NCBI GenBank assembly: GCA_045578725.1
Contig: JAZNKS010000073.1
Location: 12,902-76,901 of the forward strand
Length of the DNA: 64,000 nucleotides
Direction: 5' to 3'
DNA from: Candidatus Flemingiibacterium sp.
GTDB lineage: Bacteria; Bacillota; Clostridia; Oscillospirales; CAG-272
Position 1 is the first letter of the stretch; each line of letters starts with the position of its first letter. The notes below the pieces were generated by a model that was given only the letters and a program-made list of their open reading frames with translations, was not told the origin of the DNA and ran no database searches. The translations under genes and the position numbers were made by a program. Below, one piece after another: positions 18,416-28,720 of this stretch.

Positions 18416-19455
18416 TGATTATCTTCCTCTGTCTTTTCTTTGATCCGGAAGCGGCGGCCGTCCTCGGACGGGGTGTGCTTCCTCTGTTTATCGTAATTCT
18501 CATATGCCAGGATGATCTTCTGCACCAGACGGTGGCGGACCACATCCCGCTCGCTGAAGCGGTGGATGGCAATATCGTCGATGCCCTCCAGAATCTTCAC
18601 CGCCTCGCCAAGACCGCTCTTTTTGCCGAACGGCAGGTCGGTCTGGGTCAGATCGCCCGTAACCACAGCCTTGGAGCCGAAGCCGAGCCGGGTTAAGAAC
18701 ATTTTCATCTGCTCCGGCGTGGTATTCTGCGCCTCATCGAGGATGATGAACGAATCGTCCAGCGTCCGGCCGCGCATATAAGCCAGCGGTGCGATCTCGA
18801 TCACGCCGCGCTCCACATAGCGGCTGTATGCCTCCACCCCCAGCATCTCATACAGCGCATCGTACAGCGGGCGCAGATAAGGATCGATCTTGTTCTGCAG
18901 ATCGCCGGGCAGAAAGCCCAGCTTTTCGCCGGCCTCGACCGCCGGACGGGTGAGGATGATCCTCTCAACCTGCTTGGAGCGCAGGGCTGTCACCGCCATC
19001 GCCACGGCAAGGAAGGTCTTGCCCGTTCCCGCCGGGCCGATGCCCATGATGACCGTATTCTTTTTGATGGCCTCGACGTATTTCTTCTGTCCCAGCGTCT
19101 TGGCCTTGATCGGCTTGCCGCGTGTGGTCAGGCAGATTGTATCGTCATCCAGCTCGGACAGCTCCTCGCGGCGGCCGTCGGAGATCATCCCGATCACATA
19201 ATCCACGTTCTGCGAAGTCAGCACATCGTTGAGCCGGGTCATCCGCTTCAGATAGCCGATCGCATTGGCCGCCTGCTCGGCCGCCTCCAGCGTCGGTGCC
19301 GTGATATGAATTGCGTTTCCGGTAGTCTTGTCCGTATTCCGTGCGGTGATGGAAACGCCGAAGGCGTTTTCCAGCCGCTCCAGATTGACATCCAATTCTC
19401 CGAACAGCTTGGCGGTCTGCTCCGCCGAATCGGTTAATAGTATTTTTTCAGCCAT
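18412..19455 (-). CDS. phoH: PhoH family ATPase
   Basis: GPAGTGKT, RPAVEAGEKLGFLPG, YMRGRT and DEAQN motifs. Confidence 0.95.
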   Translation of the reverse strand: MAEKILLTDSAEQTAKLFGELDVNLERLENAFGVSITARNTDKTTGNAIHITAPTLEAAEQAANAIGYLKRMTRLNDVLTSQNVDYVIGMISDGRREELSELDDDTICLTTRGKPIKAKTLGQKKYVEAIKKNTVIMGIGPAGTGKTFLAVAMAVTALRSKQVERIILTRPAVEAGEKLGFLPGDLQNKIDPYLRPLYDALYEMLGVEAYSRYVERGVIEIAPLAYMRGRTLDDSFIILDEAQNTTPEQMKMFLTRLGFGSKAVVTGDLTQTDLPFGKKSGLGEAVKILEGIDDIAIHRFSERDVVRHRLVQKIILAYENYDKQRKHTPSEDGRRFRIKEKTEEDNQ

Positions 19456-19520
19456 TCTGTTTCCAATCTCCGGCGCTTCTGTATTTCCGTATCCTTGCCG
19501 GATGACACGGAACTGCTATT

Positions 19521-20696
19521 TTACTGATAAATCGGAGCCTCTTTTGCAATATCGCAGATCAGCTCCAGCCTGCACGTCAGCCGATAAGCATCCTCCGTAA
19601 GCTCCCCCCGGATTTCACGGCTCACCTGCTCGCTTTGGGCAGACAGCTGCTCCAGCTCATCCCGCAGGCGGGCATAGGCACGGGCACGGGCCTCCTCACC
19701 GGTCAGGCGGTGGGATGTCCATTCATATACCCGGAACTCCTCCACGCATAAAGCCACGGGAACTTCAATCGTATCGAAAATGCGAAGCGGAGTTTCTCTC
19801 TTTATTATATCATATTCCGCGGGCAGATTTCCAGTATTTTTGAAAAATTTCAGCGAAAAGCCGAAAAATTTTACGGATTTCTCATAAAACACCGCCCCGG
19901 TTTCCCTTTTCACCCGCTCCTCCAGCGGAATTTCCACCGTAACCGTCCGTTTGACCTGCGCCAGAACCTTTCCCCTGGCATGGAGCAGCCGGTAGCCGCC
20001 CGGCGTATCCACCACACCGGAGGCCAGCAGATCGCCCTTTCGTACCAGATCGCCCACATCCGCCTCCGGCGTTCCGCGATAGATCTCCCGTTCGACGAGA
20101 ATCCCATCCTCGGCCGCCACCAGATTGAAGGGGGTGGATTCATCGATCCGGATCTCCGGAATCTCCATCTCCCGCACCTCAACTGTTGCCCCTGTGCCGC
20201 GCAGATTGACGGCAATCCAGGAAATATCGTCATACTGCAGCAGGAATTCATGATGCAGATCATCGAAATCGATCGACGGAATGTAGGTTCCCACATGACA
20301 TCCGAGCGCTTCCAGCCGGGTCAGAATCGCATCAGCGGGGATTTTGTCGTTTCCCTTGACATCCATCGTCCATATAAACTGCCCCGATGCCCAGAGAATC
20401 GCAAAGAACATTCCAAGCCCGACCGGGATTCCGTACCGCCGCCGATACCGTCCGAGCCGCTGCGGCAGGCCCCGCTCCCGAATAAACGACGGCTCAATTC
20501 CGTTCCGGGCCAGAATCCGTTCGACCGCCTGCGCATCGCCCAGCCCCAGCGAAAAGCAAAGCTCGTCACCCCGCCGCTTCATCCCCCGCACATCGGCACC
20601 GGAGCGTGCCAGCAGCGCAGCAGCCCGATCCGCCATTTCGGACGGAATCCGATATTCGCGGCTGCCTAACATCCAGCGGATTCCTTCAGCGAACAT
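19521..20696 (-). CDS. yqfD: Sporulation protein YqfD
   Basis: TM followed by FIW.MDVKGN, WIAVNLRGT and LVAAEDG..V..GDLLASG; yqfC-yqfD-phoH synteny. Confidence 0.85.
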   Translation of the reverse strand: MFAEGIRWMLGSREYRIPSEMADRAAALLARSGADVRGMKRRGDELCFSLGLGDAQAVERILARNGIEPSFIRERGLPQRLGRYRRRYGIPVGLGMFFAILWASGQFIWTMDVKGNDKIPADAILTRLEALGCHVGTYIPSIDFDDLHHEFLLQYDDISWIAVNLRGTGATVEVREMEIPEIRIDESTPFNLVAAEDGILVEREIYRGTPEADVGDLVRKGDLLASGVVDTPGGYRLLHARGKVLAQVKRTVTVEIPLEERVKRETGAVFYEKSVKFFGFSLKFFKNTGNLPAEYDIIKRETPLRIFDTIEVPVALCVEEFRVYEWTSHRLTGEEARARAYARLRDELEQLSAQSEQVSREIRGELTEDAYRLTCRLELICDIAKEAPIYQ

Positions 20697-20991
20697 AGCG
20701 GTTCTCCTTATCATAAACAATGCTGGCAATACACCCGTTCACCGCAATGCGCCCGCCGGAAAAGCTCCGCAGCTCCAGCTCGCTCCCGCAGATAATCAGC
20801 CGATGATCGCAAAGTTCCAGAATCACCTTGTCCTCGGCGTAGGCAATCAGCTCCTCGCATCCGCTGATGCAGAGCTCACGGTTCCCCGATGCCTCGATAA
20901 AGGAGATCCGCCCGAAGGTTCCCACCGGAATATCAAAGGCTTCGCAAAGCCGCTGGGAAAACGGTTTGCTCGATTTTTCCTTTTTACTCAT
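20686..20991 (-). CDS. yqfC: YabP/YqfC family sporulation protein
   Basis: GNRELCI.GC..LI.Y...V.L.....I.G..L.L......I.V.G.I..I pattern; lies upstream of yqfD. Confidence 0.8.
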   Translation of the reverse strand: MSKKEKSSKPFSQRLCEAFDIPVGTFGRISFIEASGNRELCISGCEELIAYAEDKVILELCDHRLIICGSELELRSFSGGRIAVNGCIASIVYDKENRYVR

Positions 20992-21042
20992 ATTCTATCA
21001 CCGGATTTCTATAAAATAATGGCAGGGCAAGCTGCCCCCTAA

Positions 21043-21069
21043 ATCATATGAAAAACGGACGGTGATTAT
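21043..21069 (-). promoter_or_regulatory. Putative SigE promoter for yqfCD
   Basis: ATA-16-CATATGAT on the minus strand. Confidence 0.45.
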
Positions 21070-22009
21070 TATTCTCCTTATCCGAAAAAGCGAAGGCTTC
21101 ACAGCGCTCGGTCTGTCTGCGGCTTTTTTGCTGGCTTGCTTTCTGAAGCATCCGGCCTTTGCCGCCTCGTCGGTACAGCAGGCGTTGGATGTCTGTGCCA
21201 TCCGCCTGATTCCCGCTCTCTTTCCGGCGCTCATTCTGTGCGGGATTCTTCAGCGCTCCGGCTTTGCCGATCAGCTGGCCCGGCCGATCGCCCCCCTCTT
21301 TCGCCGGATTTTCCGTCTGCCGGGATGCGGTGCATCCGCGTTTCTTCTCGGTGCGCTGGCCGGCTTTCCGGTCGGCGCGGTCACATCCCGCGCGCTCTGC
21401 GAGGACGGCAGAATCCGCCATGAGGAGGCAGCACGGCTGTGTTCCTTTACCAACAACGCCGGAATGGCCTTCTGTGTCGGCGGTATCGGTTCCGCGCTGT
21501 ATCACGATCCTGCAGTCGGCTGGCGCCTGTATTTCTGTCAGCTGACAGCATCCATCCTCATCGGTATCTTTCTCGGCCTTGGAAAGCCGCGTCCCAATGA
21601 AATACTTTCGCCGACGGTGCGCCGGATACCGCCGGCGGCAATTTTCGTGGATTCCGTAACAGAATCCGCCCTCACGATGTTGAAAATCTGCGCGTTTGCG
21701 GTATTCTTCGGCGTGATCGGCGATTCCCTCCGTGCGGTGATCGATACTCTGCTGCCCGAAAACAAATGGCTGTGCGCGCTGGCTTTATCCTTCTGTGAGC
21801 TGACAAAAGCCTCCGGACTGTGCGCCGGTCTGCCGGCCGGTTCGGAAGCTCTCTGCGCCTTTGCTGTCGGCTTTGCCGGGCTGTCCGTCCATATGCAGAT
21901 CGCATCGGTGCTGTCCGGCAGCCGGATCCGCTCCAATCTGTGCCTGAAATGCAAGCTCGCACAGGGGATTCTGAGCGCTGTTTTGGTTCAAATCGGCAAT
22001 CTTTGTTAA
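21062..22009 (+). CDS. ylbJ: Sporulation integral membrane protein YlbJ-like (start uncertain)
   Basis: LIPALFP, LG.LAGFPVGA, FTNNAG..F and GFAGLSVH.Q motifs. Confidence 0.8.
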   Translation: MIIILLIRKSEGFTALGLSAAFLLACFLKHPAFAASSVQQALDVCAIRLIPALFPALILCGILQRSGFADQLARPIAPLFRRIFRLPGCGASAFLLGALAGFPVGAVTSRALCEDGRIRHEEAARLCSFTNNAGMAFCVGGIGSALYHDPAVGWRLYFCQLTASILIGIFLGLGKPRPNEILSPTVRRIPPAAIFVDSVTESALTMLKICAFAVFFGVIGDSLRAVIDTLLPENKWLCALALSFCELTKASGLCAGLPAGSEALCAFAVGFAGLSVHMQIASVLSGSRIRSNLCLKCKLAQGILSAVLVQIGNLC

Positions 22010-22080
22010 TTATTTACCATTCTCGCGAAAGCGGCCGGATATAATCTTATAATTTTTTACACAGTTATAGAGATTACATC

Positions 22081-22109
22081 TTGCAATTCACACGGAAATG
22101 TAGTATAAT
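22081..22109 (+). promoter_or_regulatory. SigA promoter of the rnf operon
   Basis: TTGCAA-17-TATAAT. Confidence 0.7.
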
Positions 22110-22171
22110 GTATATAATACAGTTTTGCTGTGCGCCTTCAGCGGGCACAGCATGAATCCGAGGTGAATTTT

Positions 22172-23566
22172 TTGGCTCTTACTTTTCATGGCGGTATCCA
22201 TATCCATGAGCATAAGGAAACCGCGCGCTGCATGATTGAAAAACTGCCCCCGCCCCAAAGCGTGGCCATTCCCATGCTCCAGCACATCGGTGCCCCCGCA
22301 AAACCGATCGTCAAGCCCGGTGATATCGTGGACAAGGGACAGGTCATCGGTGTTGTGGAAACAGGACTCGGCTGTCCCGTACACGCCAGCATCTCCGGCA
22401 AGGTCACCGGCTTCGGTGAGCGTTACACGGCCGCAGGCGTCAAGATCCAGATCGTCCAGATTGAGAATGACTTTGAAGACCGTCTGGCGCCCGACATCAA
22501 GCCGTGGGAGAAAAAGCTCTCCGATACAACCACCGATGAGATCATCGAAATTGTCCGCAAGGCCGGCATCTCCGGTCTTGGCGGCGCTACCTTCCCTACC
22601 CACGCCAAGATCAAGTCCGCGCTTGGCAAGGTCGAGCACATCATCGTCAACTGCGCGGAGTGCGAGCCGTACATCACGGCCAACCACCGCCTGCTTTTAG
22701 AGCAGCCCGATTCCGTCATCAACGGTCTGAAGATTCTCATGAAGGCCTTCTCCCTGCGCAAGGGCGAGATCGCCGTCGAGGACAACAAGCCCGATGCGAT
22801 TGACAAGCTTCGTGAGCGTCTGGCCGGCTCGGATCTTATCCGGGTATCGGAGCTGGAAACCAAGTATCCGCAGGGTGATGAGCGCCAGCTGATCTATGCG
22901 CTGACCGGCAAGGAGCTTCCGGCCGGAAAGCTGCCGGCGGATGTCGGCTGCTGTGTATTCAATGCCGAAACCTGCGCCGCCGTCTTCCGCGCGTTCGCCG
23001 AGGGTATGCCCCTGATCGAGCGGGTTGTCACGGTCAGCGGTGACTGCGTGAAGAATCCGAAGAACGTTCTGGTTCCGCTTGGCACTGCCTACAGCGATCT
23101 GCTGGAATTCTGCGGCGGTCTGACCCGCACACCGCAGAAGCTGATCTGCGGCGGCCCGATGATGGGCAACGCCCGCTGGGATTTCGACAATCCCGTATCC
23201 AAGGGCACCTCTGCCATGCTGGTTCTGTCCGGCAAGCAGTATCCGCGCAATGAGCAGAAGCCGACCTGCATCCGGTGCGGCCGATGCGTACGGGCCTGCC
23301 CGATGCGGCTGATGCCCAATTATCTGGCTTCTTTTGCAAAGCAGGGCCGTCTTGCCGAGGCGGAGGAGTTTGATATCATGAGCTGCATCGAATGCGGTTC
23401 CTGCTCCTACTCCTGCCCGGGCCACGTCCACATTGTTCAGTATATCCGCGCCGCCAAGGGTCAGATCAACGATCACAAGCGTGCAATGGCCGCGGCTCTT
23501 GCCAACAGCCAGACCAATTCCGCCGAAAGGAGTGACAAAAATGGATCCGAAGCCGGAAGTAAATGA
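22172..23566 (+). CDS. rnfC: Rnf complex subunit C (TTG start after GAGGTG)
   Basis: TFHGGIH, QHIGAP, GLGGATFPTH, NCAECEPY, KYPQG, CIRCGRC and CIECGSC motifs. Confidence 0.95.
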   Translation: MALTFHGGIHIHEHKETARCMIEKLPPPQSVAIPMLQHIGAPAKPIVKPGDIVDKGQVIGVVETGLGCPVHASISGKVTGFGERYTAAGVKIQIVQIENDFEDRLAPDIKPWEKKLSDTTTDEIIEIVRKAGISGLGGATFPTHAKIKSALGKVEHIIVNCAECEPYITANHRLLLEQPDSVINGLKILMKAFSLRKGEIAVEDNKPDAIDKLRERLAGSDLIRVSELETKYPQGDERQLIYALTGKELPAGKLPADVGCCVFNAETCAAVFRAFAEGMPLIERVVTVSGDCVKNPKNVLVPLGTAYSDLLEFCGGLTRTPQKLICGGPMMGNARWDFDNPVSKGTSAMLVLSGKQYPRNEQKPTCIRCGRCVRACPMRLMPNYLASFAKQGRLAEAEEFDIMSCIECGSCSYSCPGHVHIVQYIRAAKGQINDHKRAMAAALANSQTNSAERSDKNGSEAGSK

Positions 23567-24641
23567 GAAGGAAATCGCCTCCTCCGCCTCCGATACCCCT
23601 CAGGCAGAGGAAGCGGCTGAAAACAAGGATTGGCGTTCCCTCATTCCCAAAATGATGACCGTTACGCCCGCTCCGCATATGCGTACGGACGATACCACGC
23701 AGTCCATCATGATCGATGTCTGCATTGCACTCCTGCCCGCGCTGATCTGGGGCATTTATGTCTTCGGATGGCGCGCGCTCACCCTGACGCTGGTTGCGAT
23801 CGCTTTCGCTGTCGGCTCGGAGTACCTTTACGAAAGGCTTATGAAGAAACCGAATACCCTGCCGGATTGCTCGGCGGTGGTAACCGGCCTTCTGCTTGGC
23901 ATGAATCTCCCGGTATCCGCACCGCTCTGGATGCCTGCCATCGGCTCGGTCTTCGCCATTGTTGTGGTCAAGCAGCTTTTCGGCGGCATCGGCAAGAATT
24001 TCGTCAATCCCGCGCTGGCCGCCCGTGTCTTCCTGTTCGCATGGCCCGCCCATATGAACACCTTCACTGCGGCCGGAGCCAGACTCTCCCCCTTTGCGCT
24101 GTCCGTTTCCCAAAGCACCGTGGATGCGGTTGCAAGCGCCACTCCGCTTTCGACGCTGAAGAATGCCGACCTGCCGGAATATCTCTCGCTGTTTGATATG
24201 TTCATCGGCTACGAGGCCGGATGCATCGGCGAGGTTTCGGCTCTGCTGCTCGGCATCGGCGGTCTGTATCTGATGATCCGCCGCGTTATTACCTGGCATA
24301 TTCCCGTTTCCTATATCGTCACCGTTCTCGCCGTTGTCACGCTGTTCAATGACAGCTCGCTTCCGTTTGATTACGCCTTCTCGCAGATTTTGTCGGGCGG
24401 CCTTTTCCTCGGTGCCTTCTTTATGGCCACCGACTATGCAACTTCGCCCGTCACCAATCGCGGACGGCTGATCTACGGTGTCGGATGCGGCCTTCTGACC
24501 GTCTTTATCCGCTATTTCGGCGGTTATCCCGAGGGCGTTTCGTTCTCGATTCTCATCATGAACCTGCTGGTATGGTATATCGACCGCTATTCCAAGCCGG
24601 TCCGCTTCGGAGGAGGGAAAGTAAAAAATGCAAAAGAGTGA
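23541..24641 (+). CDS. rnfD: Rnf complex subunit D
   Basis: KQLFGGIGKNFVNPA, DAVASATPL (FMN Thr), GCIGE, FFMATD and GGYPEG motifs. Confidence 0.95.
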   Translation: MDPKPEVNEKEIASSASDTPQAEEAAENKDWRSLIPKMMTVTPAPHMRTDDTTQSIMIDVCIALLPALIWGIYVFGWRALTLTLVAIAFAVGSEYLYERLMKKPNTLPDCSAVVTGLLLGMNLPVSAPLWMPAIGSVFAIVVVKQLFGGIGKNFVNPALAARVFLFAWPAHMNTFTAAGARLSPFALSVSQSTVDAVASATPLSTLKNADLPEYLSLFDMFIGYEAGCIGEVSALLLGIGGLYLMIRRVITWHIPVSYIVTVLAVVTLFNDSSLPFDYAFSQILSGGLFLGAFFMATDYATSPVTNRGRLIYGVGCGLLTVFIRYFGGYPEGVSFSILIMNLLVWYIDRYSKPVRFGGGKVKNAKE

Positions 24642-25185
24642 TATGAAATTCCTTCTCACCGTCACGGGCAAGCTTCTTCTGATCTGCGCCATCACAGCTG
24701 TTCTGCTGGCCGGTGTCAATGCGCTGACCGCCGAAAAGATTGCCGACAACATCCGCGCAGAGAAGGCAGCGGCCATTCAGGCCATTTTCCCGGAGGCCAC
24801 CGCCAATGAAGAGGTTTCGCACTCCCTTGAAGGCATCGGCTCTGTGAACCGCGTGCTGTCCGGGGATAACCTCATCGGCTGTGCCATCAATGTCGTCCCC
24901 CTGGGCTTTGGCGGCGAGCTTGACATCATGGTCGGCATCAACGCCGACGGTTCCATCGCCGGAATTGAGATTATCAGCCATTCCGAAACACCGGGTCTTG
25001 GCAGCCGTGCCAGCGAAAAGAGCTATCTGGACCGCTACACGGGTCTGAGCGGAGAGCTCCTGCTCAATGTGGATGTGGATGCCATTACCGGCGTCACCGT
25101 TTCCTCCACCGCCGTTCTGAACGGTGTCAACGATGCTCTGGATGCTTATGCCGAGCTGTTTGCCGAAAACGGAGGTGCACAATGA
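24628..25185 (+). CDS. rnfG: Rnf complex subunit G
   Basis: GFGG.L..MVGI, HSETPGLG and VDAITGVT motifs. Confidence 0.92.
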   Translation: MQKSDMKFLLTVTGKLLLICAITAVLLAGVNALTAEKIADNIRAEKAAAIQAIFPEATANEEVSHSLEGIGSVNRVLSGDNLIGCAINVVPLGFGGELDIMVGINADGSIAGIEIISHSETPGLGSRASEKSYLDRYTGLSGELLLNVDVDAITGVTVSSTAVLNGVNDALDAYAELFAENGGAQ

Positions 25186-25955
25186 GCCGCTATACGCTGA
25201 AGAATTTCCGCCAGCAGATCCTTGAAGCGCTGTTTGACAAAAACCCCGTTCTGGTTCAGATGCTGGGTATGTGCTCCACCCTTGCCGTTACCACCAGCAT
25301 CACCAATGCGCTCGGTATGGGTCTTGCGGTCACCGCCGTTCTGATCTGTTCCAACATTTTCATCTCGCTTCTGCGGAATTTCATTCCCAAGCAGATCCGC
25401 ATCGCCTCCTACATTGTCATCATTTCCGGCTTTGTCACGGCGATTCAGCTGCTGATTTCCGCCTATCTTCCCGCGCTCGATAAATCGCTCGGCCTGTTTA
25501 TTCCACTGATTGTCGTCAACTGCATTATCCTGGCGCGCGCCGAATCCTTTGCCTCCAAGCATCCGGTTCTGCCCTCCGCCGTGGACGGTCTGGCTATGGG
25601 CATCGGCTTCACCTTCGCGCTGAGCTGTCTTGCCGCGATCCGCGAGCTGATCGGTGCCGGAACCCTGTTCGGATTCCGGGTTATGCCCTCGTTTTACGAG
25701 CCGGCGATCATCTTCATCCTCCCCTCCGGCGCCTTTCTCACGCTCGGCTTCCTCATCGCGCTGGTCAATAAGCTGATGGAGATCCGCAAGCGCCGCGCCG
25801 CCGAAAAGGAAAAGGCATCCGCTCTTGCTCTGAATGTGGAAATTCCCGCCTTTGTGGATGAACAGGATCAGGCCGCAGGCGAAGAAGAAAAAGAAATTCC
25901 GGAAATCACCTTCCGTGCGGAAGCGGAAGATACGGCCGATAAGGAGGAGAAATAA
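25182..25955 (+). CDS. rnfE: Rnf complex subunit E
   Basis: LGMCSTLAVT and LGLFIPLIVVNCIIL.RAE motifs. Confidence 0.95.
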   Translation: MSRYTLKNFRQQILEALFDKNPVLVQMLGMCSTLAVTTSITNALGMGLAVTAVLICSNIFISLLRNFIPKQIRIASYIVIISGFVTAIQLLISAYLPALDKSLGLFIPLIVVNCIILARAESFASKHPVLPSAVDGLAMGIGFTFALSCLAAIRELIGAGTLFGFRVMPSFYEPAIIFILPSGAFLTLGFLIALVNKLMEIRKRRAAEKEKASALALNVEIPAFVDEQDQAAGEEEKEIPEITFRAEAEDTADKEEK

Positions 25956-26542
25956 TGGATGCTCTGATAAACATTCTTCTGCTGATGCTGTCAGCCGTTC
26001 TGGTGGAGAACTACATTTTCTCCCGCTTCCTCGGTATCTGCCCCTTCCTCGGTGTATCGGACAAGCCGGATACCGCGCTCGGTATGGGCTTTGCGGTCAT
26101 GTTCGTTATGACGATCTCCAGCGCGGCGACCTGGGCCGTCTATTACGGCATTCTGGTCCCCTTCCATCTGGAGTTTCTGGAAACCATCGCCTTCATTCTG
26201 ATTATAGCCTCGCTGGTGCAGTTCATTGAGATGTTCCTGCGCCGCTTTGTGCCCGCCCTTTACGGTGCGCTCGGCATCTATCTGCCGCTGATCACCACCA
26301 ACTGTGCCGTACTGGGCGCCGCTCTGCTCAACATTCAGAAGGGCTATAACTTTGTGGAATCGATCGCCTACGGCTTCTCGGCCGCCGCCGGATTCACGCT
26401 GGCCATCGTCATCTTCGCCGGTGTCCGTGTGCGTCTGACCTTTGCGGAGCCGCCAAAGAGCTTCCGCGGGATTCCAATCGCCATGATAGCCGCCGGTCTG
26501 ATCGCCATGGCCTTTTCCGGCTTCTCCGGCATGAAATTCTAA
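25955..26542 (+). CDS. rnfA: Rnf complex subunit A
   Basis: FLGICPFLGVS and LGIYLPLITTNCAVLG motifs. Confidence 0.95.
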   Translation: MDALINILLLMLSAVLVENYIFSRFLGICPFLGVSDKPDTALGMGFAVMFVMTISSAATWAVYYGILVPFHLEFLETIAFILIIASLVQFIEMFLRRFVPALYGALGIYLPLITTNCAVLGAALLNIQKGYNFVESIAYGFSAAAGFTLAIVIFAGVRVRLTFAEPPKSFRGIPIAMIAAGLIAMAFSGFSGMKF

Positions 26543-26554
26543 GGAGGTTACCGA

Positions 26555-27409
26555 ATGGACAGTCTGTTCAATATTCTCTGGGCGCTTCTCTGGTTCTCCG
26601 TACTCGGCGGACTTCTGGGTCTTGCGCTTGCCATCGCCTCCCGGGTCTTCGCCGTAAAGGTCGATGAACGTGTTCCCCTGATCGAGGAAAAACTCCCCGG
26701 CGCCAACTGCGGCGGATGCGGCTATGCCGGATGCTCCGCGCTGGCCAATGCCATCGTCAAGGGCGAGGCCAAGCCCTCCTCCTGCACGGTCGGCGGCGAT
26801 GAGGTTGCGGCCGAAATCGCCGAAATTATGGGCGTAACGGCCGAAAAGACCAATCGGATGCGTGCGCAGGTCATGTGCTCGGGCACAATGGAATTTGCGC
26901 AGAAGAAGTATATCTACCGCGGTGCGCCCGACTGTGTGGCCGCATCCAAGCTCGGCGGCGGCGACAAGCTCTGCCCAAATGGATGTATCGGCCTCGGCTC
27001 CTGCGCGGCTATCTGCTCATTCAATGCCATCAAAATTGAAAACGGCGTGGCGGCGGTTGACTACGAAAAATGCAAAGGCTGCGGCAAATGCACCGAAGCC
27101 TGTCCCAAAAAAATCATTCGCCTGATTCCCTACGATGCCAAGCATTGGGTTGGCTGTATGTCCACCGAAAAGGGTGCCTCCGTCCGCAAATACTGCGAGG
27201 TCGGCTGCATCAGCTGCAAGCTCTGCGAAAAAGCCTGCGAGCACGGTGCCATTCACGTTGAAAACAATCTGGCCTCCATCGACTATGACAAGTGTGTCAA
27301 ATGCGATAAGTGTGTGGATAAATGCCCACGCAAGATCATCTGGTCGGATAAATCCCAGCGTCTGGTCGGCATCACCATCGAGCGCGAGGATCTGGACGTC
27401 GCTCAATGA
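26555..27409 (+). CDS. rnfB: Rnf complex subunit B
   Basis: LPGANCGGCGY.GC followed by multiple 4Fe-4S motifs. Confidence 0.95.
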   Translation: MDSLFNILWALLWFSVLGGLLGLALAIASRVFAVKVDERVPLIEEKLPGANCGGCGYAGCSALANAIVKGEAKPSSCTVGGDEVAAEIAEIMGVTAEKTNRMRAQVMCSGTMEFAQKKYIYRGAPDCVAASKLGGGDKLCPNGCIGLGSCAAICSFNAIKIENGVAAVDYEKCKGCGKCTEACPKKIIRLIPYDAKHWVGCMSTEKGASVRKYCEVGCISCKLCEKACEHGAIHVENNLASIDYDKCVKCDKCVDKCPRKIIWSDKSQRLVGITIEREDLDVAQ

Positions 27410-27981
27410 TCCGCACCTATTTCGCTTTCTGCGGCACAGCGGATGAGCATCGGACAGTCCGTGCACTGCTCCGCTTCGGCCTTGAGCGTGACTTTGGTCT
27501 GACCAATGCCGTTATCGTCAAGGACGGCCGCGGAAAGCCGATTCTCGAAACGGGGAATCTTCACATCAGCCTGTCCCATTCCGCCGGTCTGTGTATGGCC
27601 GCTGCTGCCGATGAGCCCATCGGATGCGATGTTGAAAAGCGACCGGAGCGTTGGGATGATGAACAGATCCGCCGGGTCTGCCGACTGGCCAACCGTTTTT
27701 TCACCGCGGAAGAAGCAGAAGCCGTTCAGATGAATCCGGAGCGTTTTTACGAAATCTGGGCAGCCAAGGAGAGCTTCATCAAATATACCGGTGAAGGTCT
27801 GTCGCGGCCGCTCTCCGATTTTTCGGTGCTGACAATGGACGGTCTGTGCTTCACGCCAATTCCGGTTGAGGGCTTTGCCGCCTGCATCTGCTCGAAGAAT
27901 CCCGTCAAAGCCTGCGCGTTTTTTGTGGATAACGCTGAAATTTCGTCCCGGCTTGACCCAAATTCGCCTGACGCCTTGTAA
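27406..27981 (+). CDS. 4'-phosphopantetheinyl transferase (Sfp-type)
   Basis: GKP, ISLSHS, IGCDVE and W.AKESFIK.TGEGL motifs. Confidence 0.85.
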   Translation: MIRTYFAFCGTADEHRTVRALLRFGLERDFGLTNAVIVKDGRGKPILETGNLHISLSHSAGLCMAAAADEPIGCDVEKRPERWDDEQIRRVCRLANRFFTAEEAEAVQMNPERFYEIWAAKESFIKYTGEGLSRPLSDFSVLTMDGLCFTPIPVEGFAACICSKNPVKACAFFVDNAEISSRLDPNSPDAL

Positions 27982-28004
27982 TTCGTCCAATTCTGCGGTA
28001 TAAT
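27976..28004 (+). promoter_or_regulatory. SigA promoter for upp
   Basis: TTGTAA-17-TATAAT. Confidence 0.6.
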
Positions 28005-28034
28005 AATGACAATCAAAAGAAACGGAGGCTCATT

Positions 28035-28664
28035 ATGAGTACACTTCACATTGTTGATCATCCCCTGATTACCCACAAGCTGACTATCATGCGCCGACAG
28101 GATACCGGCTCCAAAGATTTCCGTCAGCTTCTGAATGAAATCTCCATGCTGATGGGCTATGAGCTTACCCGCGATCTTCCGATGGAGGAAGTGGAAATCG
28201 AAACTCCCGTCGCAAAAATGACGGCGAAGGAAATCTCCGGCAAGAAGCTGGCGATTATCCCGATTCTCCGTGCCGGTCTTGGCATGGTGGATGGCCTTCT
28301 GAATCTGGTTCCGGTTGCCAAGGTCGGACACATCGGCCTCTACCGCGATCCCGACACCCATCTTCCGGTTGAATATTACTGCAAGCTTCCCTTCGATATC
28401 GAGGAGCGGATCTGCATCGTGGTTGACCCGATGCTGGCTACCGGCGGAAGCTCGGCCGATGCTTTGACCATGCTGAAGCAAAAGGGCTGCAAAAATATCA
28501 AACTCATGTGCCTGGTTGCCGCCCCCGAGGGTGTAAAGAAGGTGCAGGAGACTCATCCCGATGTGGATATTTATGTGGCCGCGCTGGATGAATGCCTCAA
28601 CGATCACGCCTATATCGTTCCGGGTCTCGGCGATGCCGGTGACCGCCTCTTCGGAACCAAATAA
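28035..28664 (+). CDS. upp: Uracil phosphoribosyltransferase
   Basis: [16 protein letters not shown] and [16 protein letters not shown] motifs. Confidence 0.97.
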   Translation: MSTLHIVDHPLITHKLTIMRRQDTGSKDFRQLLNEISMLMGYELTRDLPMEEVEIETPVAKMTAKEISGKKLAIIPILRAGLGMVDGLLNLVPVAKVGHIGLYRDPDTHLPVEYYCKLPFDIEERICIVVDPMLATGGSSADALTMLKQKGCKNIKLMCLVAAPEGVKKVQETHPDVDIYVAALDECLNDHAYIVPGLGDAGDRLFGTK

Positions 28665-28670
28665 TCCGCA

Positions 28671-28720
28671 AAAAAAACGGTGAGCCTGCTGGTAAACAGC
28701 AGGCTCATTCTTTATTTTTT
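28671..28720. terminator. Bidirectional terminator between upp and spoVM
   Basis: TGAGCCTGCTG/CAGCAGGCTCA stem flanked by A-rich and T-rich tracts. Confidence 0.8.

Noticed and set aside
22045-22070. Rex box upstream of rnf
   Set aside because: AT-rich sequence with only a poor match to TTGTGAA-N4-TTCACAA
27406-27981. PPTase as the Rnf flavin transferase
   Set aside because: Motifs are Sfp-type, not ApbE
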